A stretch of 64,000 bases of DNA, taken from assembly GCA_963422395.1 (NCBI GenBank), contig OY729431.1, positions 1,440,001 to 1,504,000 of the forward strand. The letters are read 5' to 3'. The notes beneath the pieces were generated by a model. The model did not search any database and had not been told where the DNA came from. It worked only from the letters and a program-made list of their open reading frames with translations. A program made the translations under genes and the position numbers. This DNA comes from Vicinamibacteria bacterium. Lineage in GTDB: Bacteria > Acidobacteriota > Vicinamibacteria > Marinacidobacterales > Marinacidobacteraceae. Below are positions 9,067 through 18,224 of this stretch, piece after piece (the first letter of the stretch is position 1; the number at the start of each line of letters is the position of its first letter).

Positions 9067-9300
9067 CAGCCTGTGGACAAAGTCACACGGCCAAAGGCCG
9101 GAGATGCCCAGTTCTCCCGGTGGGGGCCCCGGCTGAACCGCCCCGTTTCACGGCGCTCGGCGTTGCGATTCCGTCGGAATACACCCGGCATGCCTCCCGA
9201 ATCGCGCCTTGTCCGCCGGGCGCCTCCCCGATCTTGGGGCTCGCGTGAACAACCTATCGCAAGGTCACAGCTAGTATCCGAAACAGGGGTCCGCAGACTC
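9067..9300. mobile_element. MITE-like non-autonomous element, about 234 bp
   Basis: Left end CAGCCTGTGGAC versus right end reverse complement GAGTCTGCGGAC (9/12). CTAG occurs at both boundaries; internal hairpin GCGATTC (9165) ... GAATCGC (9205). Confidence 0.55.
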
Positions 9301-9344
9301 TAGTTTTCGGACTTTCTCCGTCGAGGGTCGAGGCCGGCCGCGGC

Positions 9345-10445
9345 TCAGTCCGGCCCGAACACCCCGTCGGCAGCCTGTTTCGGATCGGGCGGCGCGCTCT
9401 GTCGGGAACGGAGCGCTTCCGCTTCGGCAGCCTGCACCTCTTCCCCGACATCCGCTTCGACCGCGTCCAGAACCGTCTCGGAAACTGGCGGAAAATCCTC
9501 TCCGCCGTACCGCAGGAACGCGCGATAGAGGCGGACAGGATCCCGCCTGCCGTAGTGCTCGAAGAGCTTCGGGGAAAGGATCTTCCGACTCTCGCCCTCG
9601 TCGTGGGTAGCGTGTCCGCCCATGCGGAAAGTATCGGCGAGAACCAGCGAGGGGCCTGACGAATCGAGCGCCTCGCGGCGCGCCAGGACGGTCGCAGCGA
9701 ACATGTCGAGGACATTGTTGCCGTCCGCCGGATAGGCCGGTGTGCCGTACGCAGCGCTCAGAGATCGAATTCGGGCTGCGGCCCGCTCGTCGAGCGGAGT
9801 TCCGAGCGCGATGCGGTTGTTCTGGACGACCACGACGAGGGGCACCCGCAGCGCGGCGGCAGAAGTCAGCCCCTCGTGGAATCCCGCGGTTCCGGTGGTT
9901 CCGTCTCCCGCCCAGGTGAGCGCCACCCGCTCCTCCCGGCGCAGTCGGAAGGCGAGCGCCATGCCGGCGCATACCGCAACGAGCGAACCCACCATGCTGA
10001 TCGGGGCTACGACCCCCCTCTCCGCATCCCCGAAGTGGAGATCACGCCCGCGTGCCGGGCCGTCCCCGGTCCCGAGCGCACCGCGGAACAGCTCGGCGAG
10101 CGGCATCCCGCGTTCGTGGCAGGCGCCGATATTCCGAATCATCGGTCCCACCACATCGTCCGGGCCGAGGGCGTGGCAGGCTCCCACCGTGACGGCCTCC
10201 TCGCCGACGCCGAGCCAGGCCTTGGAAAGCACCCCAGACCGCACCCAGCGCTTCAGCTGGAGATCGTGGAGACGGTTCCGGACCAGGCCCGCGTAGAGAC
10301 GCAGCCGGCGCTCTTCATCGAGCGAGCGAACGACCCGCAAACGTTCCGGATCTCGGGCCAGCGTCCGGGCAAACTCCTGGAGGAGCTCCGGGCGCTCGCG
10401 CCAATCGAGGTATTCCGGTGGGTCGAGTCCGAGGACCGCGTTCAC
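9345..10445 (-). CDS. TPP-dependent dehydrogenase E1 component alpha subunit
   Basis: GEEA, GDG...NN TPP motif, DGNN, RMGGHATHD, RDP. Confidence 0.9.
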   Translation of the reverse strand: MNAVLGLDPPEYLDWRERPELLQEFARTLARDPERLRVVRSLDEERRLRLYAGLVRNRLHDLQLKRWVRSGVLSKAWLGVGEEAVTVGACHALGPDDVVGPMIRNIGACHERGMPLAELFRGALGTGDGPARGRDLHFGDAERGVVAPISMVGSLVAVCAGMALAFRLRREERVALTWAGDGTTGTAGFHEGLTSAAALRVPLVVVVQNNRIALGTPLDERAAARIRSLSAAYGTPAYPADGNNVLDMFAATVLARREALDSSGPSLVLADTFRMGGHATHDEGESRKILSPKLFEHYGRRDPVRLYRAFLRYGGEDFPPVSETVLDAVEADVGEEVQAAEAEALRSRQSAPPDPKQAADGVFGPD

Positions 10446-10456
10446 GGCCGCGGCTG

Positions 10457-11977
10457 CTAACTAGCCGTGCCGACCCAGCGCACGAGTTCGGCGGCGACCC
10501 GGTTTTCGACGGCGTCGGCGTTCCACTGGTTGCGAAGACCGTTCGTGATCACCGAAAACCCGAGCGCCGGGCCCGCGCCGGCGCTCGGAAACGCGACCCC
10601 GGAAAGAGAACTCACCCCGGACAGACTGCCGGTCTTGGCGATCACCCGCCCCAGGGTCTCTTCTCCCCGAAGCCGCCGCGCCAGCGTGCCGTCCACTCCC
10701 GACACCGCGAGCGAACAGAGGAAATCGGAGCGTAGCTCCGGCTGACCGTAGAGATCGCGGACGACAGCTACCAGCAGCCGGGCGGTGAGCGTGTTCTGGC
10801 GGGAAAGGCCGGAGCCGTCAGCGATCCGGAAGTCTTCCGCCCGGAAACCGAGTCCCACCAGGTACTCCTCGATCGCTCTGGCTCCCTTGCGGACACTGCC
10901 CGGAGGCCCCCAGCGGTGCGCTCCGACTGCGTAGAAGAGCTGCTCCGCCGACCAGTTGTTGCTGTACTTACCCAGCGCTTCCACCACCTGAGTGAGCGGG
11001 GCGGATTCATGGAGGTAGAGCAGCACCCTCCGGGGCGCCTCGGCCATCGTCGCGCGCCGCGGTTCGCCCAACACCCGAACTCCGCGCTCGACGAGTTTTC
11101 CGCGGAGTGCGTGGCCGAAATAGAGCGCGGGCTCGGTCGCGGTGAGCCGGGCCACTCTTTCGCCGCCGCTTCGCAGGATCCGCCCCTGAAGCTGCACCCG
11201 CCCGCCCGCCCGCCGCTGGGCCAGGATGTAGGGGCGTCCGGAGTTGCGAAGGACCATCCGATTCTGGACCTCGTAGTACCCGTAACCCTCGTCGCGCACC
11301 TGGGGCCGATTCCCCTCGCCCGGGACTCCGGCCAGCTCCACCTGGTTCCACTGGTAGCCGAGCGCGCTCTGGATCGGCTCCCGATAGCGAATCCGCCGCC
11401 GGACGAGCTGCGGGTCGGTTTCCTGGGGTTCGAAGAAGGAGTCGTCCAGGAGCACATCGCCCCGGATCTCGGTGATCCCGAAGGCCGCCAGCGAGTCGGC
11501 GATGTAGTCCAGATCGTGTCGATTCAGGCTCGGGTCGCCGCTTCCCACCACTTGAACCGGCCCTTCGATCACTCCGGCGCCGGTCGGCGGAGCGTCCACC
11601 AAGAGCCGGGTCGGAAAGCGGTAACTCGGCCCCAAGTAATGGAGGCAAGCGGCCAGCACCGGCAGCTTCATCCCCGAGGCCGGGACGAAGCCGCGGTCGG
11701 CGTTGTGGCTGAAGAGCGGCGACCGGCTGTCGAGGTGCTCTACATGGATGCCGATGGCGCGCTGAAGCCCGAAGCGGCGGCGGACCGAGTGGAGGCGCTT
11801 CTCGAGATCTTCGATCGAGCCCTCGGAAAACGGTGTTCCCGCCCGCGCTCCGGCCCGAGCGGGCCCGGCGAAGGCGAGCCCGGCGGCAGCGCCCGCGAGG
11901 CGGAGAGCCCGCCGCCGGGTGAGCCGCCAGTCGGCGTCAGGATGCCGCGGACGAGGTGCGACCGGTTCCATTCCCAT
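10457..11977 (-). CDS. dacB: D-Ala-D-Ala carboxypeptidase/endopeptidase (PBP4, peptidase S13) with Tat signal
   Basis: PASGMK (SxxK), GSGDP, SNN, DGSGLS, KTG; TRRRAL twin-arginine leader; start approximate. Confidence 0.9.
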   Translation of the reverse strand: MGMEPVAPRPRHPDADWRLTRRRALRLAGAAAGLAFAGPARAGARAGTPFSEGSIEDLEKRLHSVRRRFGLQRAIGIHVEHLDSRSPLFSHNADRGFVPASGMKLPVLAACLHYLGPSYRFPTRLLVDAPPTGAGVIEGPVQVVGSGDPSLNRHDLDYIADSLAAFGITEIRGDVLLDDSFFEPQETDPQLVRRRIRYREPIQSALGYQWNQVELAGVPGEGNRPQVRDEGYGYYEVQNRMVLRNSGRPYILAQRRAGGRVQLQGRILRSGGERVARLTATEPALYFGHALRGKLVERGVRVLGEPRRATMAEAPRRVLLYLHESAPLTQVVEALGKYSNNWSAEQLFYAVGAHRWGPPGSVRKGARAIEEYLVGLGFRAEDFRIADGSGLSRQNTLTARLLVAVVRDLYGQPELRSDFLCSLAVSGVDGTLARRLRGEETLGRVIAKTGSLSGVSSLSGVAFPSAGAGPALGFSVITNGLRNQWNADAVENRVAAELVRWVGTAS

Positions 11978-12226
11978 CGAATCGGCCTCACCGGCGGCGG
12001 GGATCGTCCCGACGAAGGCGTCTTTCCCGTGCACTCCCAGCATCGAAGTTCCCTGCCCCATGACGAAAACTCTGCCGACTGCGGGCGCGATTCTTCCGAG
12101 CAGTGCCCCGATGAATCCCCCGCAGCAGCACGGAGCGGAAGGATACCCGGAAAACGGACGCTCCGGCGAGCACCTCCGGACCCCCGGCGAGTGGCCGATA
12201 GAATGCGAAAGGAGGGGGTTCGGGTG

Positions 12227-12550
12227 ATGACGAAGCGAACGAAACCGGTATCCATGACCCGTCGCCTGACCCGCCGGCAGCTGCTGGGCAGCGCGGCTGC
12301 GGCGCCGCTGGTACTCGCAGGCTGCGGCGAGCCGGCCGCGGATGATGGACCAACGCTCGCTGCCCTCGAACAGGTGAACCGCCTGACCAACCGACCGCTG
12401 TCTTCCGACCGGCTCTCCGCCATCCTTCCCGCAGTCCGAAGGAACCACGCCTTCTTCCGTACGGTCCGGGAACTCGGGATCTCGGACTTCACGGAACCGG
12501 CTGTCCGTTTCGTGGTCCAGGTGCCGACGCCGCAGGGAGAAGGTTCGTGA
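12227..12550 (+). CDS. Small Tat-signal lipoprotein, GatC/AtzG-like amidase partner
   Basis: AAGGAGG before the ATG, TRRQLL twin-arginine, lipobox LAGC, C-terminal EPAVRF; stop overlaps the amidase start. Confidence 0.7.
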   Translation: MTKRTKPVSMTRRLTRRQLLGSAAAAPLVLAGCGEPAADDGPTLAALEQVNRLTNRPLSSDRLSAILPAVRRNHAFFRTVRELGISDFTEPAVRFVVQVPTPQGEGS

Positions 12551-13971
12551 TCCCGGAACTCTGTCGGCTGAGCGCCCGCGCGCTCTCCGAACGAATCCGA
12601 CGCCGCGAGCTGTCTCCGGTCGAAGTCGTGGAAGCCCACCTCTCCCATATCGAAGCCACCGACCCGGCGCTGAACGCTTTCATCACGGTGACCGCGGACC
12701 TCGCCCGCGAGCGGGCTCGCGAAGCCGAAGCCGAAATCGCCGGTGGTGGTTGGCGTGGGCCGCTCCACGGCATCCCCTACGCCCCGAAAGACATCCTCGC
12801 CACTGCGGGAATTCTCACCACGAACGGCTCGAAGGCCACCGCCGACTGGGTCCCCGAGCACGAATCCACGATCACCGCTCGGCTGAACGCCGCCGGGGCG
12901 ATCCTCCTCGGCAAACTGAATCTGCTCGAGTTCGCCATGGGAAGCGGAGTACTCTCGGGATTCGGCCCTGCGCGCAACCCGTGGGCGACCGATTACTCCC
13001 CTTCGGGGTCGTCGTCCGGGTCGGGGGCGGCGCTGGCCGCCCGCATGGTTCCCCTCTCCATCGGCACCGATACCGGCGGCTCCATCCGGGGGCCTGCTGC
13101 CGCCTGCGGCATCGTCGGCCTGAAACAGACTTACGGGCGGGTCAGCCGATTCGGCGTCACCACTCTCAGCTGGACCCTCGACCACGCGGGGCCGATGACC
13201 CGGACCGTCTGGGACGCGGCGGCGATGCTGGGGGTGATCGCCGGCGCCGACCCGCGCGACCCGGGAACCGCCGCCAGAGATGTCCCCGACTACCTCGAGG
13301 GGCTGACCCCTGAGGTCTCCGGCCTGCGGATCGGGGTTCCCACGGCTGGATTCTTCGAATCGGCGACACCGGAAGTCGGGGAGGCGGTGCATGCCGCCAT
13401 CGGCCTGTTGGCCGCGGACGGCGCGGAGGTGGTGGAGGTCTCGGTTCCGCACGCCCACCTCGCCGGAAGCGCCGGCTGGATCGTGGCGATGGCGGAGGCG
13501 GCCGCCTTCCACGAGAAACGGCTCGCCGAGCAGCCGGAGGACCTCGACCCGCTGGTTCGCGAGCGGCTCGAAGTGGCGAAGTTCTATCCCGCTACCGATT
13601 ACCTCAAGGCACTCCGGGTGCGGACGATGCTGCAGCAGGAGATGGCTCAGGTCTTCGGCGAGTGCGAGGTGATGATCGTGCCGAGTTCGCTAGCGCCGGC
13701 CGCTCCGCTCCGCTCGGAAGAAGCTGCGAGGAGCGATGTCGCCCCCGGAGCCGACCCCGACCAGACGACGAGCCGCCCGGGGAATACCTTCCTCGGGAAC
13801 ATGACGGGGTATCCGGCGCTCACGATGGGGTGCGGGTTTTCCGACGAGCCGCCGAAGCGGCCGCTGGCACTCCAGATCTACGGCCCGCCTTTTTCCGAGG
13901 CCCGACTGCTCCAGGTCGCCCACGCCTACCAGGCGCGGACGAGCTGGCACGAAGAGCTGCCTCCGATCTGA
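12547..13971 (+). CDS. Amidase-signature family enzyme (GatA-like)
   Basis: GPLHGIPYAPKD, SGSSSGSG, GTDTGGSIR. Confidence 0.93.
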   Translation: MIPELCRLSARALSERIRRRELSPVEVVEAHLSHIEATDPALNAFITVTADLARERAREAEAEIAGGGWRGPLHGIPYAPKDILATAGILTTNGSKATADWVPEHESTITARLNAAGAILLGKLNLLEFAMGSGVLSGFGPARNPWATDYSPSGSSSGSGAALAARMVPLSIGTDTGGSIRGPAAACGIVGLKQTYGRVSRFGVTTLSWTLDHAGPMTRTVWDAAAMLGVIAGADPRDPGTAARDVPDYLEGLTPEVSGLRIGVPTAGFFESATPEVGEAVHAAIGLLAADGAEVVEVSVPHAHLAGSAGWIVAMAEAAAFHEKRLAEQPEDLDPLVRERLEVAKFYPATDYLKALRVRTMLQQEMAQVFGECEVMIVPSSLAPAAPLRSEEAARSDVAPGADPDQTTSRPGNTFLGNMTGYPALTMGCGFSDEPPKRPLALQIYGPPFSEARLLQVAHAYQARTSWHEELPPI

Positions 13972-14002
13972 CGCCCACTGACACCCAGCCGGCAGCGTGC
14001 TG

Positions 14003-15661
14003 TTACGGTGTGATTCCGCAGCCGGACGGGTCGCAAACGACCATCGGTTCACTCGGGCAGCCGCCGGAGCTCGAGCGCAGCCGCAGGCCAGCCCGCGCCG
14101 ATTCCGGCCAGGCGAGTTCCAGGGAATGGCGCACCACCGATCCCTCGCGCTCGATCTTCCATTCGGCGATGCTCAGGTCCAGCCACTCGGATCCGGTGCG
14201 CGGCGGATTCACATAGACGATCCGCTCCCGCCAGCGGGGTTTGATCCAGCTCCGGTACATGCCGGTCCAGTCGAAGACCACATCCTCGGATCCGGCCCCC
14301 CACTCCATGACGAGCTCGGTGGTGAGCCAGATGTCCCCGGCGAGGCCCTCATCGGGTATCGCTGCCGCGCGGGGGCCATCCGCCGGGTAGGGACGCTCGG
14401 CGCGGACGCGGATATCCGGACACGGAACGCCCCAGGTGTCGGTGATCGAAGAGCGCGGTTTCCGGCTCGCTCCGCCCGAGTCCGGCGGGGGCCTGCCCGT
14501 GCGGCCGATCCGCATCGGGATCGCCATCCCGCCGCCGGCAGCTCCTGCCTCCACTCGGACGAGACGGCCCCGCAGGGTGTCGTCCAGGTCCAGCGGAGCG
14601 CCGTTGAACATCAGCAGAGAATGGGCCTGGGGGATCACGATGTTGTGTGCCCAGAGGGTGTAGTCCCCCGGTTGCAACCCCTCGATCAGGAACCTGCCGC
14701 CCTCGTCGCTGAACGCGCCGACGCGGTCCCGCTGCGCATCACCTTTCGCCGGGAGCGCCCAGACATGGACCCACGCCGCCGGTTCGGCGCCGAGAATGAG
14801 GGTTCCGGAGATGCTCCCGGCTTTCGCCTGCCACCCGGCAGCGGGGCGCAGCAGCGAGGCGCCCACGACATCGTCGTCGGCGAGGTCGGTGGGAGCCGAC
14901 TGGACCACTCCGTACGACATGGCCGGATCTCCGGGATGGACCCGCGAGAAGGATGCCGCGTCCTGCTGCTGCCGCCCGGTGATGGAGACCGCGCCCGCAT
15001 GAGCGAGTCCGAGACAATGGCCGAACTCGTGGACGAGGACATATACCGCCTCATCGCGGAACCGGCCGCGGAATTCGTCGAGCGCTTCCGGAGGGACCCA
15101 GCTCGGCGGCTCGGCGGCCCAGCTGCCGAGGGCGATGTCGCATTCCGTCATCTCCCAGAGTCCGCCGGAGCTGTCCCGCTCGCTCCAGAGCGCGGCGTAT
15201 CCCCCCGCGGGGGATTCGGCGTCGATGAAGATCGAGTTGCGCTCATCCTCGATCTCGATTTCGTCGATCTCTCTGCCGACCCCTTCGAGCTTCCAGGAGA
15301 TGTCCGCCGTTCCGATCTCCATCCAGGCGGTCATCGCGCTCTCGATGTAGGGGAGCGCCTCCGCGGTGTCCTCGAACAACCACGCTTCGAAGTCCGGGTC
15401 CGGAGCGACTTCCCAGGCGAGCGTTTCGCCGGGCCCCCAGCGGTCGGGAGACCACCGGAGCGCGTCGGCGGCCGGGACGAGCCGCCAGGACGACAAGGGT
15501 TCATCCTCCCCTTTCCGATCGAAGAACCGATAGGCCTCGGCCGGTCCCAGGGCGCAGAGCAGAGAGATCAGCGCGCCGCCCGCCGCGACTCGTCGGAGGC
15601 GGGGTCTCGAGGGAAGCGGCTCGGATGGCCTCGCCCTGCGGGTCGTTTCCTGCTCGTTCAT
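14003..15661 (-). CDS. Secreted metzincin (matrixin/M10-like) metallopeptidase with beta-sandwich domain and Cys-containing C-terminal domain
   Basis: Signal peptide ending AEA, HEFGHCLGLAH zinc motif, Met-turn PAMSY, GRFLIEGLQPGDY. Confidence 0.8.
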   Translation of the reverse strand: MNEQETTRRARPSEPLPSRPRLRRVAAGGALISLLCALGPAEAYRFFDRKGEDEPLSSWRLVPAADALRWSPDRWGPGETLAWEVAPDPDFEAWLFEDTAEALPYIESAMTAWMEIGTADISWKLEGVGREIDEIEIEDERNSIFIDAESPAGGYAALWSERDSSGGLWEMTECDIALGSWAAEPPSWVPPEALDEFRGRFRDEAVYVLVHEFGHCLGLAHAGAVSITGRQQQDAASFSRVHPGDPAMSYGVVQSAPTDLADDDVVGASLLRPAAGWQAKAGSISGTLILGAEPAAWVHVWALPAKGDAQRDRVGAFSDEGGRFLIEGLQPGDYTLWAHNIVIPQAHSLLMFNGAPLDLDDTLRGRLVRVEAGAAGGGMAIPMRIGRTGRPPPDSGGASRKPRSSITDTWGVPCPDIRVRAERPYPADGPRAAAIPDEGLAGDIWLTTELVMEWGAGSEDVVFDWTGMYRSWIKPRWRERIVYVNPPRTGSEWLDLSIAEWKIEREGSVVRHSLELAWPESARAGLRLRSSSGGCPSEPMVVCDPSGCGITP

Positions 15662-15745
15662 TCGCTTTCTCCGAAGTTGGAACACGGTTTTCTCGAGTCT
15701 GCTGCCCGGCATCCCGGAATCCGGTCGTCGTTTCGCAGATCCAAG

Positions 15746-16285
15746 CTATGGCCTCAGTTCACAGCCGGTCGCGCCGCAGGCGAGCGACGGGCGGTCGCAG
15801 GCGGCCGCGGCGGCCCGGAAGTACAGGCCGACTTCGCGGAAAGGAGGCCAGCGAAGATCCAGGGTGTGCCGAGTTCCGCGGTTCGTGGTCTCCACCCTCC
15901 ACTCGGCGATGCTCATTTCCAGCATCGGCAGATCCCGCCCGTCGTCCTCGTCGGGATAGAGATCGAAGTACGGCTCCGACCAGTCGAAGCTGCCGACGGA
16001 TCCCTTCTCCCATTCGATGATCAGGGCCGCCCCGGCGAGCGAGGCTCCGCGATCGGTCGGCTCGCCGCGGACCTCGACTCCGGGACAGGGGCTGCCGATC
16101 AGCGGTGGGGCTGGGGGAGGCGGCGGCGGTATCCCTGCCCGCGGGATGGCCGGCGAGCCGCCTCCACAGGACGAGGCGGTCCAGCAGCACATCAGCAGGA
16201 CGAACCCCCGGAAGACGGTTGTCGGGAACACCCTCGGAATCGGACTGCTGGCCGTCTCCGGTTCCGGCGTCGTTCCCGGCGTCAT
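15746..16285 (-). CDS. Hypothetical lipoprotein paralogous to the C-terminal domain of 14003..15661
   Basis: Shared G.PCP.+.VR.E, L++SIAEW++E, RH+L+L.WP and terminal C-P-C-GC motifs; lipobox-like ASSC. Confidence 0.72.
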   Translation of the reverse strand: MTPGTTPEPETASSPIPRVFPTTVFRGFVLLMCCWTASSCGGGSPAIPRAGIPPPPPPAPPLIGSPCPGVEVRGEPTDRGASLAGAALIIEWEKGSVGSFDWSEPYFDLYPDEDDGRDLPMLEMSIAEWRVETTNRGTRHTLDLRWPPFREVGLYFRAAAAACDRPSLACGATGCELRP

Positions 16286-17421
16286 TTCCGGCCCCGCCCC
16301 ATGACGATCGAGATCCCCTGGGTCGTCTGGCCGGCCGAAATGGGTGCCGGATGCGCGAAGACCGCATCCTTCAGGTCGGTCCTCGCGCCGGCGGCCACCA
16401 GTCGGCGGTCCCGGATGGGGTGGGCCCAGAGAAGGTATTCACCGGGTTCGAGCCCTTCGATCAGGAACTCGCCGCGGCGGTTGGTGAACGCCCCCACCGG
16501 ATTCCAGGCTCCCGCCGGGCCGCGGCGCAACGCCCAGACATGGGCGTAGGGGACCGGCTCGCCTCCGGCTCGGAGCGAACCGGCCACGCTGCCGACGCTG
16601 GCGAGCCATCCGGTCCCCGGGCGCAGGAGCGAAGCGCCGATGCGCTGGTCGAGCGAGGGATGACCCGTTCCGGGCCACACCGGGCTCGGGTACTGCGGGC
16701 TCGAAAAAAAGTGATCGATGCGCTCCTGGAGGCCGCCGGAGGGTGGCTCGGACTCCCGCAGATGGACCGAGCCGGGGAAGCTGGCGGAGGCGCCGAGCCC
16801 GAGGCAAGCAGCGAACGAGTCGGTGAAGTCCCAAAGCGCCCAGCGGCGGCGATCGGCGAGCTCGGCCGTCGACTCCAGCCACCACGAAGGAGCACCGACA
16901 TCGCACTCGACGATCTCCCAGGTATGGCGCGAGGCGTTTCGAGAGAACCAGACGCCGACGCCTCCCTGCGACCCGTCGGGCGCGGAGCCGAAGAACACGC
17001 GGCTCGCGGAGTCCCGAACCCAGGTTCCCGGCGGCGTGCTGTCGGACCGAGAGAGCTGCCAGCGGATGTCCGCATTCGGAATCGCCGACCAGGCGGCGAA
17101 CGCCTCTTCGAGGACCGACTCGAACTCCTCTTGCGAACCGAATATCGCCGCCCACTCGGGATCGTTCCCGACGCTCCACGAGAGCGTTGCGCCGGGACCC
17201 CATGCCTCCTCGGACCAGCGGATGGCCTCGGTCGAGCCCACCACCGAATCGAGTGCGCCGTTGTCGTAGAGCCGGTACGCTTCGGCTCGACGGGAACCCG
17301 GCCCGCCGGCGAAGGCCAGCAGGAGCGCCGCCGCCGCGGTCCCGAACCGGAGCGCCGCCGCGGCGGAACAGCGGAGCCCCCGGGGCTTTTCCAGTGGCCG
17401 CGCCGGATTCGTCGAAATCAA
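16282..17421 (-). CDS. Secreted pseudo-metzincin, paralog of the N-terminal two domains of 14003..15661
   Basis: AEAYR, RWS..WGPG.TL.W, ECD, GASLLRP and FLIEGL.PG.Y.LWAH are shared; zinc motif replaced by DSFAACLGLGA. Confidence 0.78.
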   Translation of the reverse strand: MISTNPARPLEKPRGLRCSAAAALRFGTAAAALLLAFAGGPGSRRAEAYRLYDNGALDSVVGSTEAIRWSEEAWGPGATLSWSVGNDPEWAAIFGSQEEFESVLEEAFAAWSAIPNADIRWQLSRSDSTPPGTWVRDSASRVFFGSAPDGSQGGVGVWFSRNASRHTWEIVECDVGAPSWWLESTAELADRRRWALWDFTDSFAACLGLGASASFPGSVHLRESEPPSGGLQERIDHFFSSPQYPSPVWPGTGHPSLDQRIGASLLRPGTGWLASVGSVAGSLRAGGEPVPYAHVWALRRGPAGAWNPVGAFTNRRGEFLIEGLEPGEYLLWAHPIRDRRLVAAGARTDLKDAVFAHPAPISAGQTTQGISIVMGRGRK

Positions 17422-17545
17422 TGGAGCTAGTGTCTGCTCATCCTATTCCAAATACGGATGGATCGGCGCCGCGGTCAGGACCGGGATGGCCGGCCGTTTC
17501 CAAATGCCGGAGGCAGCAGCGGAGATCGTGGAATATGCTTGCGGC

Positions 17546-18187
17546 ATGATCCGTGTGGTTTTCTCCCGGCGATGCACAGTCGCTCGGCGCAGTTCGGCGG
17601 CCGTGCCCTCGGTTGCGGCCTTCGCCCTCGGAGCGGCGGTGCTCTTCGCCGCGGCTCCCGAAGCCGCCCAGCGAACCACCCAGCGCGGCGCGGAAGAGCC
17701 GGGCGGACGCGCTCGGAACCCCTACGCCTGGCCGTCGCTTTCCGAGCTCTTCGTTCGCGCCGAGACGATCGTGGCGGGAGAGGTGCTCGACATGCGGTCG
17801 TCTTGGACCGCGGACCGGCGCGAGATCTTCACCACGGTGACGATGCGCCCCGACCGCCGCTTCAAGGGGGGAGGCCGGGCGCTGATCCGATTCCGGATTC
17901 CGGGCGGCACCGTCGGGGACACCCGTTTGATGGTCACCCATTCACCGCAGCTCTCCGTCGGGGAGCGGGCGCTCGTCTTCCTCGCCGGTGAGAGCGGACG
18001 CTTGCCGCGGGTCGTGGGCGGCGAGGCGGGGAAGCGCCACCTGCGCGCTGGAGAGGACGGCTCCGAGACGATCCTGCCCGGTTTCGCGATCTCCGGAGGA
18101 AGGGCGGGACAGGCCCGCGGACTCGCCACCCTGGAAGAGCTCGCGGCAGAGATCCCCCGTTTGGCGGCGGCTGCCGGGTCGCACTGA
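17546..18187 (+). CDS. Secreted hypothetical protein resembling domains that accompany matrixin-like peptidases
   Basis: Signal peptide; LSELFVRAETIVAGEV, PGGTVG, P.LSVGERALVFL pattern; start uncertain. Confidence 0.65.
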   Translation: MIRVVFSRRCTVARRSSAAVPSVAAFALGAAVLFAAAPEAAQRTTQRGAEEPGGRARNPYAWPSLSELFVRAETIVAGEVLDMRSSWTADRREIFTTVTMRPDRRFKGGGRALIRFRIPGGTVGDTRLMVTHSPQLSVGERALVFLAGESGRLPRVVGGEAGKRHLRAGEDGSETILPGFAISGGRAGQARGLATLEELAAEIPRLAAAAGSH

Positions 18188-18224
18188 AGACGCCTCCCAG
18201 AAGAGCCCCCTCTGAAGAGCCCTT

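Noticed and set aside
12547-13971. gatA of the GatCAB amidotransferase
   Set aside because: No gatB nearby, the partner carries a Tat lipoprotein signal, and GatA-specific motifs are not evident.
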